Source of the DNA: Gnetum montanum
Taxonomy: Eukaryota; Plantae; Gnetophyta
Direction: 5' to 3'
NCBI GenBank assembly: GCA_015680685.1
Contig: MNCI01003240.1
Location: 161,468-225,467, forward strand
Length of the DNA stretch: 64,000 nucleotides
Positions 38,280 to 51,130 of this stretch are shown here, piece after piece. Made by a program: the position numbers and the translations under genes. The notes below the pieces were generated by a model. That model was not told where the DNA came from. It searched no databases and saw only the letters and a list, made by a program, of their open reading frames with translations. Within the stretch, counting starts at the first letter, position 1, and each line of letters begins with the position of its first letter.

Positions 38280-39030
38280 AATGAGTTAAAATAAATACTT
38301 CAAAAAGGGAATGAGTTAAAATTTTATGATTTACCATTTCTACCAAAATACTGTGATGAAGTTCTATCTTCTATAGAAGGAAATTTCATCAATGAAAAAG
38401 ATTTATCATATTTGAGACCAAAATAAGAAATAGACGATATAATATTCAGATAATATTTCAAAAAGTTGCAATAAATTCTAGAATTTCATTCACTATATTA
38501 TTTTTTTGATCCATCATTATTATCTGAGTCACATAGAAGATCTAAAAAGGAAGATGATGACTTAAAGCTAAGACAAAGTATCTTGACTTTGATTGAGCAA
38601 TTGGATACACGGTTTAGCAAGTTATCAAAAAATATTTTTTTTCCTATAAATATCAAGATTGGAAGAAGTGTGCATCTTTGGGTGCTTATTATTATTGCTA
38701 TGTTGGCAAGCTTGATACTAATCATGGATTTTCTTAATAGTAATATTGAATGTAGCAAGTAGATTAATATTGTTTACAAGTACCTTGAGGAGGAACACAA
38801 TGTTTAAAATAGAGAGGATCAATTTCATCAGAAACTATGGAGACAATTATTTTAAAGAAATATACTAAGGTGGAGAAAATAATATGAATGTGGTATTTAT
38901 ATTCTACTTTATGTAATATAGATAATAACGAAAGGGACAATATTAATTAGGGCCTTAGATGTACCAATGTATAGATGGAAAATCTTGTGTGATATTTTAA
39001 ATGCTTCTAACAGGCATACAAGATGGTTAT
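38280..39030 (+). pseudogene. Ulp1/SENP-family (peptidase C48) SUMO protease domain, degenerate
   Basis: One frame reads KDLSYLRPK*EIDDIIFR*Y...NIFFPINIKIGRSVHLWVLIII...IMDFLN...KYLEEEH...YECGIYILLY, with His-Asp-Cys in Ulp1 order. Confidence 0.78.
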
Positions 39031-39269
39031 AGTGATAAATAACTATAGAAAATTTTGAATTACAATTTTCAATTATATCATGTTATTTATGTTTATACAA
39101 ATTTATTTGTCAAATTAGCATTTTTTTAATATTTATTTGTTTTCAAATTTAATTATGCTAAGTACTATAATTTTTCATAACTATATTCAGTTGCTTAAAT
39201 CAGTTTTCTTATATCTAATGTTAAATGGATGTTATGATTTTTTGATGTATGTATTGTGAATATTTATAG

Positions 39270-39860
39270 ATATAGTTAAGAAACTAGAAATAGGAAAAGT
39301 AATCATACTAAACTTAAATGGTGTACTTAAGAAGGATGTTCATTATTCAAATGTGGAAGAATTAAGGAAGCATACTTGACCTTTTAATATCATTTTGGGA
39401 AAAAAGTACTACTTTATTTGACCAGATATTCATGAGTTCCTTACTAGATTGATCAAAGAAGGATTTGAATATGCATTTTTATCATCAACTCAATTTCCCA
39501 ATGTTGAAATCATGATAAGTTTTCTTATCAAACACTTGGATATCGAAACAAAATTCACTTGGTATTAGATACAATGTATAAAGCATTATCACAAAGGTAC
39601 TATGGTTCCAAGTTTTCAAAAACCTTTACAACACTTTTTCTAAATTTATGGAAGTCAATTTGCATGAGAAAATGTCATCATAGTTGATGATACAAGTGAT
39701 AAAATTCTAGAATAGGATAATGATAACTTTATATAAGTCCAAAAAATGTGATCCTAATAATTTAGGTGATGACTACCTTCTTAGCAAGTTGCTACCATTA
39801 ATTATAAATCCTTTAGTGAGAAATTCACTATTGAGGAACTATTAAGTTCAAATAATTAAC
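39270..39860 (+). pseudogene. FCP1/NIF (CTD-phosphatase-like HAD) domain, degenerate
   Basis: Follows a TTTATAG acceptor: KVIILNLNGVL (DLNGVL), FI*PDIHEFL (FxRP..EFL), AFLSSTQFPNV, WY*IQC, NVIIVDDTSDK, DDYLLSKLLP. Confidence 0.78.
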
Positions 39861-41299
39861 ATTTAAATATGTTTGGATATATGTATTGTCAAATATAAAA
39901 TGTGTGTTTCATTCTAGGAAACCTATAAGTAACTTTTACTATAACTCATTTTTTATTTGTTGATAAATATAAAACTTTTTGTATCTACTTATGAGCCTAA
40001 CAGTTATTAATATTTAATTTCATTAAAATAAGTTTATTTGTCAAACAAATTAATATAATCTTTAGACAAAGAAATATGTACATCAACATAACATAGTTTT
40101 TAATTCATTTAGAATCTTTGTTAAATGTAATTGAAATTTCTTTTTCATGATCTTGGTTACTGATTTAGATTATCCTTGCATACTTATGAAATATTAACAT
40201 TCAAAAATAATTTAACTAGCATAAGATTTTTTATATCTTGATAGTCATATGAAATATCTTTATATAGATATTTAATATTATCTCTTTAGGAATTAATATT
40301 ATTTTTTAAATTAATAAGTTTCATAATAAAAATTAATCATGAGCACAAAATAACCCTTGATACAATAAAAGCATAGTCAATCATTTAGGAGACTAGGGTA
40401 CTTAATCATTAAAAGATAATAAAATATTCAACAATTAGTTGGATGCTTTTGAAAACATATATGAGATAGAAAGATAAATAAGATTTATTACATCCTAAGA
40501 TTTCCAATCATAAGAATGTAAAACACTCAATGTAAAAAAAAATGTAATAATGTTAGTTCTACAATGAAGTTAATATGATACTTTCTGCTATAGTTTAGGA
40601 GACTGGAATGAAAATATTCCAAATATAATGAAAAACTCCCTATTTAATTTTAAAGTTAACTTTAATGATAAATTACCATTATGATCATGACAAAACTCTC
40701 CTACTAGCATTTTGACTTTGACTTTAATAACAAATTAACACCTTAACCATAATGAAATGGCATAGATGTCTTAAACTTTCACTTAAAATAATGGAGAAAC
40801 TATATATTGCTATCAAATTAAATGTATTATATAAATGATTTCAATTTTGCTACTAATGGCTAACAAAAAAAATCTTTTATAGAAATGATTCAAAAGGTGA
40901 TTTAAATTACTAAAGTGAAAAAAATATTACATTAGTAAAATTTTGGTACTAACCCAACAAAAACACTTGTTATTAGATTAGTAAAAAGAAAATTCAATAA
41001 CAAATACAAACTACCTTTACAAAGGCTAGTACACGGTAAGGTAGCAAGACGAAAGAACACATATGAAAAGCAATAGGCAAGTTGCAAAAATCAAGGACCT
41101 TGACAAGACAACATCATGATGAAGCTAAAGAAAATTGGCAATGGAAATGGATCTAATCATTCTCCACTAAGGAAGTTGCAAACCTAGGATTTAAACATAT
41201 TACTAACCCAAAGATTACAAAATCCCTAAATCTATAATAGTTAGTATACTGTTTAGGCCTACAAAGTATACCCTACTAATTGTCTAGGAACATATGGTC

Positions 41300-42250
41300 A
41301 AAGATGATGTTCGTAGGTTTGGCCACATGATATGATCCAAAGGATTCACATGTGCCATAAAAATCCATATATCTCTAGGACCAATGTCAACTCAAGATGA
41401 TTGACAAATGGAGTATTGGAATTTGCATGGACTAGAGGTGATTCATGTGAGGGAAAACACATTAGAATTAGTAGGGATAGGGGATGGCAGAGGTGTGAAT
41501 GTAAGGGTAAGATCATAAAAATGGCTACAAGTAGGTGGGATGTAAGGAATAGGTGTGCTCTACATACGTCCTGAAGTAGGAGCTTTCTCATGTAGGCCAA
41601 AATTGTTGTTCATAGGCTATGCATCCATTGGAGGAGTGGTGTCATTACTTGCATTATCCTTGACCTAGTTTTCTTCAATGACAAAGAAGTCAATGAGAAT
41701 TAAGTCACATCAAATAATCATTTAACACAGCATTGTAATCTTACTATGGATGTGTGGACATCTATTGAAACATGTATAGTGAAAACTAGTATAGGTTACT
41801 TTCTATAGGAAATCCATGAGTGTTGAACTATAGAACCCATAAAATATCATAGATTTTATGATTGCTCTCAATGACAAGTTCACAATCAAGTTAGTTGGGT
41901 CATGTTCAATCGAATAGGTCTTTGAACTATTGGTATAGTTATGTGTGGCAAGGCTATTACAAGAAGAGCTCGAATGTAAGTTGCAACATCACTTCCTTGA
42001 ACCAAAATGTGAGGTGTCCTTGTTGTGAGGAAACATAGTGCTAATAGGTTTGCCTTGGAAATGTTGACTTTGGAGATGCCTTGATCTTGGCAATGGTTTT
42101 GAAGAGGCCTTCATGCTCAAAAATGGACATGTTGTTAGCCCTAGCACGCTGAATTGTGTACCAATAATGTCATGGAGGAAGAGGAGCAAATTAAAGGTTG
42201 GACCATCAAGTAGGTCTAGAAGACCCAAATATGACCAACAACAACATTAT
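41300..42250 (-). mobile_element. Very decayed retrotransposon gag/protease-like remnant
   Basis: Minus-strand ILIDFFVIEE (retropepsin-like strand); otherwise unresolved. Confidence 0.25.
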
Positions 42251-43784
42251 AGTAAGGCAAGGTGAAATATCATAATTATAAGGAGTAGTATTAATTATTC
42301 TTATATTTAGATAAATTTCAAGAATGGTAGCTTAGGTGGTTTAGACATGTGCAAAGAAGATTAGACAATGAGCCTATAAACAAAGGTTTCTACATCACTA
42401 TTCCAAAAAGGTATTGAAAGGAAGACTAGAGAAGACATGGGAATAAACAATTGAAAATGTTTTGAAGAAATTACAAATAAATAAGGATCTAGCTCCTCAT
42501 AGAGATGAACTGTAAAAAAAAATTTGTGTAACTAATCCCATTTTATTAGAACAAGGCTAAGATGATGATAAGGAGCACTAATTATTATCATTAAAAAAAT
42601 GTTGTATGCATATAGATATCATGATGATAAGGAGTATTAATTATTATCATAAAATATTTTTGCTCATGTGAAGCCACCAGCATTCGTAGAAATATGTACA
42701 ACTTGTCCATATTTTGCTTGTCTAGATACAGGTAGCAGTGAAACCCCCATTGTTTTATTGCACGCATTCTTGTCCAACAAGAAAATGACAGAAGATGGGC
42801 ATTCATAAAGGAGGCATTAACACGGGCGTTTGTGTTAGCCATTAACTTGGGGCGTTTTTGTTGTTAATGTTAGGAAAACGCTTTAATGACTAAAAATACT
42901 ACTAAAGGAAATTGAACCTTTTATGTTTAAAGTTAATGAAATTACTTTTACAATGTTTGCATTTTTTGAAAATAGTTAGCTATTTTTATGATATATATTT
43001 ATTATTTGGCTAAGAGAATCTTATTCTTTTTTGAATTAATGACATTTTAACACTAATTCTCTAATTCTCATGTTGAAAAAAAATCACAACCAATGTTAAA
43101 TAATTATTGTTGTGATAGTTGTTTAGCCTTAAATTGTGTTAGTAATTAACCTACCCATTGGAAAATGTTAATCCCTTAGCTTAATGTTGTTGGCTAACCT
43201 GTTACATCCTTATAATCTTCTAAAAATAATAATTCTTGTGACAATGTTCATCTATTGGTAGAGTACTCTAACAATAATAATAATAATTTATTTTCTATGA
43301 AAAACTCCAGCAAATACGTATTCATAATAATTATCATATAAAAGTTCATCTCTTAGCCTAGCTTTTTGATACTAATTATTTATTTTCTATGGTAAAGTCT
43401 AGCCAATTAGTAATTGACCTCTTAGACAAAATGATGTTTTAAGTTGCATTCTACAACTCTAGTATTGAACTATATTTGTTTCTAAATTTTTTAATATCTA
43501 CAAACATTTTAATCTTTTCTTCAAAAAATAAAATCAATTTTTTTAAATTTTGATATAACTTCTAAATGTCAAGTCGAACTTCGAAGATCTAATACAATAC
43601 AAAATCTTAGTGCACCTATTTTTATTGTGATTTTTTCATCAAAGATATAATTTCTTTCAATGGTTTCCTTACACATTCTTGATAATGGGTAAAACTCATA
43701 ATGAATAACTAGTTCTAGAGATGTGTTATCAATTAAATATTCTATATATGTTGTTATTGATAAATTGATTATTAACTAACAATG

Positions 43785-44190
43785 AGGTATTAGCCTAATG
43801 GTAAGACTCTTGATTTAGAAGCTTTAACTTATAGATTCAATCTTAGAAGGCAATGTTCAATTATAAAGTTCTAATATGACTATATGTATTTAGAATAAAT
43901 ATTATTAAAAATACGTTTCAATTTCAAATTAAATATTTAAAATATTTTGGTCTAAAGTATTGTGCCTTTTTAGTGAGGCAGTTTTAATATTTGAAAGATT
44001 TGAATCTAAAGTATTATCTTATTAGTGAGACATTACTCTATTGGTTAAAGTATGCACCATGTGATTTGCAAGTTGCAAATGCAATTTCAATCTCTTAGCT
44101 AATCTAACATACCATTAGGTTTAACAATATCATGAAAATTCATAGGCGTATATATAGTCATCTAGTTCTAGTTTCGATATCCTAAAGCAA
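43785..44190 (+). other. Up to three decayed tRNA-like / SINE-head sequences
   Basis: An A-box-like TAGCCTAATGGTAAG and a B-box-like AGATTCAATC occur at tRNA spacing. Weaker copies lie at ~44030 and ~44110-44185. Confidence 0.35.
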
Positions 44191-44752
44191 TATGCCTCAT
44201 TGGAGGTATTTTATAGATGAAAATATTTCTAGCCATTTTGATATTAGTTGAAAAGAAATGTTTAGATAAGAGATAGAGAATATGCCTTATTAGTGGTTCA
44301 AAGGTTGCTTCCTTTCTAGAACAATACTAGAAGCAGTATGGAGATCCACTTGAATTTCATGCTATCTTAACCATTATCCTTATAGAAGTACATTATCTTG
44401 AATCTTTGTGAACAATATCGCAAGTATATGTAGGCTTGTTGGGGAGGCTTTGGCCTCTTTGATTGAAGCACTATCCCCTCTCTATGAAGTAGGGATATAA
44501 GGCTAGATACATGTACCATAAGAACATGTCTTAGTTCTATTAAGAAATGATGTATCTAATGTATTAGTAGTGCTTTTAGTAAATATCATACATGTTTCTT
44601 ATGTTAATCTTATTGCTTATATAATTATCTAGTGATCTTCACGATGGCCCTAACACATGGACTAATAGATGACATATGTGTTGTTCACTCTTGATGTGCT
44701 TACAAGTTCTTAATGACATTAGTCCATCTTAAGTCTTCTCTAGAATACTTAG

Positions 44753-45311
44753 TGTAATATCCACATTTCTAAATCATGCTACTACATAACAAAGATGGTG
44801 TCTCTTCATAACAACATTATGATTATCATAAGAAGACCTAAAAAGACAAGTTATAAGTAAGACATAAAAGGAAATATTGTAATAATGAACATGTTTCTTG
44901 AGGTAACCTTTGGAGGTTTAACCTAAGGTATTTATACCTAGGCATTAGAAGTTGTATCAGCATGGAGTTGTAGAGCTAGTGAAGGCAAGTAACAGGTGCC
45001 AGCTGAAGTGAGATAGAAAGAGGACTAGCTATCCCTTCTAGTTGATTGTAACCCTAACTATGATGGTAGTGTTGGATAACCTCTAAAGGATAGATGCTAA
45101 GGGAAGATAATTCCAAGGAACTCTTTGAGCATGACCTAGATTCACTATTTCACATTAATAAGACATTTTTTTCTTCTCTTCTTCTGCATTTTTCCTATTA
45201 TTTTCTATATGCATAATGTCAAATGTTATATATATTTGATGTTGGCATGTTATCTTCTTATGATTAATGTCTAATATAGTGTTCCATGACATTTGTGAAT
45301 AGGATGTCACA
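44753..45311 (+). mobile_element. Solo LTR, same family as 12324-12898
   Basis: TGTAATATCC...GGATGTCACA with perfect TSD CTTAG. Confidence 0.88.
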
Positions 45312-45388
45312 CTTAGCAACTTTAGGTCTTAAGGGTGGTACTAAAAGGTGCTTCCTAGAGTAGTGTTGTTACACTTGGCATTAGAGCC
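45312..45388 (+). mobile_element. 3' end of an older LTR (...TGTTACA at 45373) with decayed iMet PBS
   Basis: TGTTACA-CT-TGGCATTAGAGCC resembles TGGTATCAGAGCC. The 5' start of this LTR is not located. Confidence 0.55.
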
Positions 45389-46207
45389 AACGTATTGGTT
45401 TAATAAAAAGATCCATTCAGATGATTTTGCAAAGTAAGTACAAGTAATAGCTGAGATGCCTAAACATAAGTGAGAAAATCTTGGTCCTTCTCTTGGAGAA
45501 AAATTCAATTATGAGAATACTTACAATATGTTGTTTACTGAAGGTAGAAATGGTAAGTTGCTTTCTTAATACTAACATAAATTTTTTGGAGCTTAAAACT
45601 TTGGATTAAGAAATCTTGTGATGCACTACGAGAATGTTATTGAAGATATCTTTTTTATGTAAAAATTGTTATATGTGGCCCAATTAGTTATGGTGAATTG
45701 TAGGAGAGACACAATCTCTTCTATGAGTTGATTCTTGTGATAGTTTAAGATGGTGGTACCATCATGCATTTAGTATTAAATAATGTATTAGATGTGAGCT
45801 TCTTGTTCTTTCTTCCATTAATGTTATGAAAATTCTCTAGATTAAATGTCTTGGGAACTTTATAATTTGGTGATAAAATGTGATGATTTTGTGTTTATAT
45901 GTTGTGGAACAATCTTGGATTCTCATCCAAGGATTCTTCATACTTTTTCCACTTGAAAGAAGTGATGTATTTAGAGCATAATTCCTTGTGCACATACTTC
46001 CCAAACATGGAAAGCAAAGTGAGTATCTAACTCAAATCTTAACACATAATTGTAGATAAGAAATTTCAATGGCTAAGGTTCTTTCTCTCTCTCTATGTGT
46101 GTGTGTGTGTGTGTCTAATGTTTCAACCCATTCAAGAAGTGATAACACAAAATAAACCACATTCCATTCTCCTTAAAACAAATTATCTTAGAAGAATATT
46201 TGATTGT

Positions 46208-46811
46208 TGATGAGCCGTGATATCACGTACGTGATATAGCATCCCATCTTATTATCTATAAATAAGTGGTGGCTTCCCTTGTTTTAGCTAGTTAGAATTA
46301 GACCCTTAGCTAAACTCTTGCAGTTTTACCATTATAGAGTTAGAATAATTTCCATGTGCCTGCAGTAGGAGTCTTAAAGTGAACAGATCTTTATTTGAGC
46401 AAANCGTACACTCAGTACGACCACTTTGAGCATGTGTGTAGCGCTTGGTAACCCAGTAACAATTAGCATTTGGTGATCCCAACAGTGTTACACTAGTTCA
46501 GGATGTGTGCGGCAAGTGGGAATGGATACTAGTGTTAGTGAATAGTTAGCGAAAGTTAGCCATTTAGCTCTCTTCATCTTTCCTCATTAGCATAAGACAT
46601 TAAAAATATAAAAATTTATAAAAATAATATACCTCAAACTTACTTAATGATACAACCATGACAATACAAGTAAGTTTGGAAATACAACGATTGATTGACC
46701 TTGAGTGTTCCATTAAGGTGCATAAGCACTTAGTCCTTGGAGTTTGACCGAATCACACGTGAAACACTCATATTCATATGGTTGAGTGTAGGGGTACCTC
46801 GCCACTCATCA
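46208..46811 (+). mobile_element. Short solo LTR of the TGATGA family
   Basis: TGATGAG...GGGGTACCTCGCCACTCATCA with perfect TSD ATTGT. Contains one N. Confidence 0.9.
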
Positions 46812-46919
46812 ATTGTCCACCTTTCATCAAGGTGATTAAATCAAAAATGCCAATTCTTTTCATTCTAATATGCAACAAAGTTTCTAGCAATGTAAACAAC
46901 ATTTATCAAGATCTTCCAT

Positions 46920-47814
46920 TGATTAGTAGTAGGTATTCCCTATGCCTAACCATATGAATCACAAGTATGTACATGAAATTTGGTCAAATTTCATAGAGCC
47001 CTTCTACCTAAATGACTTATGTCCTAGATAGTCAAACATGAGGTTATTGTTCATTCTCTTCTCAATCATTACTTGTATTAATTCCATCCATATGGCTAAG
47101 TGTGATTGAGGTGTAAGATATTTGTATTCATAATTTTATTATTATTTATCTTTAAAAGGATTAAAAGAAGAAGAAATTAACATAGTTAACTTTAAATAAT
47201 TAATGAATAACAATTCTAAACGTATTTTATCCATTCCCACTTTTCATACATATCCTAAACTTATATTAGTGTCATTGGGTTACTACGTGTTTACTTCTAG
47301 GCATACCAAGTATTCACTACTAGGATTACCAAGCATTAGTATATTATGCTCAAAGTGGTTGCACACACATGAATGTTATATTATTAAGTATAGAAAAGTA
47401 AACTACATGTAAAATAAAATACTTCTAAGTAAGCTTAATTCTAATCTAAGAGTTGCAATGGAGATAAGAAATCTCGATTTTATTTCCATCATGCAATAAT
47501 GTCTAGGTAAATCGTGAACTTGAATAAAACTAAGCATACTTAATTCAATCCATGTTATAGGCATTCAAAGGAAAATTTTACTAAGTCCTATGGAAGAAAA
47601 TTACAAGAGATTCTCTAGAAGAATGACTAATAGGTACCGTAAATACAATATATAACTCATATTTGTAGGGATTTACTATGATTGTAACATCATATTTGTG
47701 ATAGAGAATCCCAACCTACAACATAGTAGATGAAATATAGCAACTACAATATTGTAAATGAAATATAGTAGATATGATACCATAGTTATCTTGTATAATT
47801 TTTATTATTTATCA
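46920..47814 (-). mobile_element. Old degenerate solo LTR of the TGATGA family
   Basis: TGATTAGTAGTAGGTATTCCCTATGCCTAACCATATGAATC is colinear with the 23088 LTR. The right end and TSD are uncertain. Confidence 0.7.
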
Positions 47815-47930
47815 TACTAGAGTTACACAAGATGGAAAAAGCTTATTACAAAAATTATGGGCTGACTAGGACTTAGAATGACTAAAATGACAAGTATGAG
47901 TACTACATTACAAAGTGTATTCAAGTGGAT

Positions 47931-48941
47931 TGATGAAGCCCCAAAATTAATTAATTTTAAACATGCAATAGCTTAATTTTTTATTATTTTATTATCTTAT
48001 CATATTGAAGTACATTGAATTTCTCGATGGTATGGGATATGTGCTGATAACTTTGTTAAGTCTATGTTATCATAGGATACAGTGAGATTGATATGTATCA
48101 ATAACATATAGATTAGCATAGTGGACTTTGACATATTATAAGGGAAGATGTATTGATCCACATTGCTAGAATTGAATTCTGTTAACACAAATTTTATTGA
48201 TCTCCACAGTAATAACAACACAAATCAATACCATTGGATCAAAGGAAATTTTGAATTCATCATAGAATGAAGACATATTGATCCATATCACAAAATCTAT
48301 GAGGATTGATAATTAAGAGAAATTGGCATTACAATATAGACCAATAAGTCCCTATAATAGTATTGATTCATATGGATTTCCTTAATGAAAATTGATGTAT
48401 CTATCTTATAAATTTTTCTCAAATTTAAGATGTGAACTCTTCCAATATAAAATGGGGAACATCTCATCATAGAAGGGGGATTTTAATATTTAGAAAAACC
48501 CACATTAAGTTGAAATCAATTTTTTAATTTTCTTTGAACCATTGTCATGCAGGAATTTGTTGAAGCTTGTAGCAACTATAGACCATTGGAAGTTCCTAGG
48601 TGGACTATTGAGGTTGCTACATTGGAAAATAGTAAGCTATAATCATAGATTGGATGATGCATCCCTTGTGATCCTCAAAATTCATATTTTATACTTCATG
48701 ATTTTAAATTTGATTTAATTATTAAATTTCCATTCTTGAACTTAAGATTAGAAGTTAGGATGGAAATTTATGATTCACCTTATGGGTAAGAGTCATAAGC
48801 ATGGGATTTGATTGGATTTAAATCTTATTATTTGTTGTCTTTCAACTATTCCTCCATGGATATGACTCATGGGTAAGTCATAGACAAGGTAACATTCCTA
48901 CAATTAAAGTAATCTAGCCTTGGAATTTGGCTAGCTCATCA
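47931..48941 (+). repeat. 5' LTR of the old autonomous-type Athila element
   Basis: Ends CTCATCA followed by the PBS. The start at TGATGAAGCC is tentative. Confidence 0.6.
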
Positions 48942-48944
48942 ATT

Positions 48945-48962
48945 TGGTGCCATTGTCGAGGA
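48945..48962 (+). other. Primer-binding site, tRNA-Asp type (Athila)
   Basis: TGGTGCCATTGTCGAGGA resembles TGGCGCCGTTGCCGGGGA. Confidence 0.75.
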
Positions 48963-49943
48963 GGCCAGAAAAGTCAATATTCATTAAGGGTTCAGTATGT
49001 TTTTAAGATTTATTTTTAGATTTAGAATGGAATCTTCAAAATAGGTACAAAATATTTCTTTTACATTCTTTTTTTTTAGTTTTGAAAATGGTTGCCTTTA
49101 ATTGTTTTTCATCCAAAAAGAAAAATGAAAAGATAAAGATTGAGGAAAAGAAATAAGAAAGGTCCCAAGAGTTAGTTTCTTTAGTTCATAAAACTAAAGA
49201 TAGTTATAAAAGGAATGTGATAATAAAAATAGTTTGCAAATTTTTAGGATTAATTGCTCATGAATTTACCAAATAAAAGTGTTCTTATTAAATGACATTT
49301 AATAGGCAACATAAAAATTCAACTTGAATTCAACCTCCCTGAAATATTACAAGTTACTATAAATGTATCAAAAATAATTTGAAGCATCCTCAAGAAGAAG
49401 AAAGACAATAAATTTTTAAAGGAAAAAATTCTATCAGTATTCTGTTAACTTCTAAAACCCTTGAGACTTCTATAAAACAAGGAATTTCAACTAATAACAA
49501 AGAAGGGAATCCAACTGAAATTTTCAACCACGATGAACTAAAAATACAATGTCCATTTTCAATAGCATTGAATCCACTATTAGATATCTTGAATGTTACA
49601 ATGCAAATAAAAAATTCTAGCTTTAGTTGTAGGTTCCCAAAATTTAAGCTTCAGCCAAATATTAAGTAATATGACCACTATGGGAGGGAGTATCCAACCA
49701 ATAACTACATTAAATTTTCAAACCCCTCTCACTTCATTAGCTACCTCTATCTCTCTACCAACTCCCATTATGATTTTAATCTTGGGTACCTCTTTTACAA
49801 TTCAATATCCTTTGCATAAAATATCACCTTCAATTTTACAAAGTTCACTTCCTCTTTCTTTTGGAAGCATAGACTTCAATATTCCATTAGGTTAAGTATT
49901 TCAAGGATAGGCTTTATGAAAATTTTTAAATAAAAGAAGATCA

Positions 49944-51130
49944 ATGATTCATGAAGGACTTTTAGTTTTTCCACCAAGAAGAAATGTAGAATTCAAGAAA
50001 TTACATTTAGTATCCATTTTTAGAGGAACTACTAATGAAGACCTTATAACTCATGTAAGAGAATTTGAAGCCATGATAGCTATGCTAGTACCTCAAGAAC
50101 AGGATAGGAAAAAAATGATAGCTTTCAAATATACTTTAAAGGATAAAGTTACTTTTTAGCTTAAAAAATTGCAAATCCAAATAGTCTTATGGGATGAATT
50201 TATGGCAAAATTTATTCTATGGTTCCTCCCTAATGATAGATTATATGCTCTTAGAAAACAACTTATGAGCTTTACATAGAAAAAAGATGAGGATTAAGAA
50301 AACACCTTTGATAGGCTTAAGGATCTATGCCTTTAAAATACCAACCATGAATGTCTAGCATGACAATTAATTCAAATCTGTATAGAGGGGTTATTACCAT
50401 ATTGTAGAAATAATGTAGATTTTACCTTTTGGGGAAATATTTTAAATGTAACACTATAAGTTAGCATGAAAATTTATGATTCAACTTATGGATAATAGCC
50501 ATAAGTATGGGATTTGATTGGAACTGAATAAAATTGTTTATTATCTACATGATTTCTTTGACTTTCAACAGTTCCTTCATAGATACAACCTATGCATTAG
50601 CCATAGATGAGATGACATTCCTATAATGAAAGTAATCTAGCCCCAAAATTTTGGCTAGCTTGTCAATTTGGCAAAAATGAAGGGTGAAGAATTATTGACT
50701 CTCTATTAGATCAAAGCAAACATTGGCCAAAACTAGACATCATATAAGGTTGCATCCAACAAACTAAGAAATTAACTAGAAATGTTGATGAATTATCAAT
50801 ATTAGTGAAGAAACAATCTTATTTTTCTTAGGAGGAAATTTGTAATTTATGTGAAAACAAGCAACATGACATCACAACTTTTCTAGCCTTGGTTTGTTGT
50901 AATGAAGAAATTCAAGAATTAGTAAGAGCTTTTCAACAAATAAGGAATTTATCTTCTTTACCATTTTAGCCAAGACCATTTTACTAATAATCATCACCAA
51001 TTCCTCAAAATAATTATAGCTTACTTTAAAATCCGGTTAATGAGTAATTGGATTGCTTAACTTAAGTTTTAATGGCTTTCATAGAAGAGAATAGGCAATT
51101 TGTAGCTGAAACAAGAAGAAATTTCAAGAC
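49944..51130 (+). pseudogene. gag: Athila gag, degenerate
   Basis: FRGTTNEDLITHVREFEAMI...AFKYTLKDK; CNLC...H zinc-knuckle remnant near 50840. Confidence 0.75.

Noticed and set aside
40610-42960. MULE TIR-like segments at ~40610-40770 and ~42780-42960 as an end of the Ulp1 module
   Set aside because: I could not demonstrate inverted complementarity or a TSD.
46085-46114. (CT)n(GT)n microsatellite, and (TA)n tracts at ~6260 and ~8400
   Set aside because: Ordinary simple repeats.
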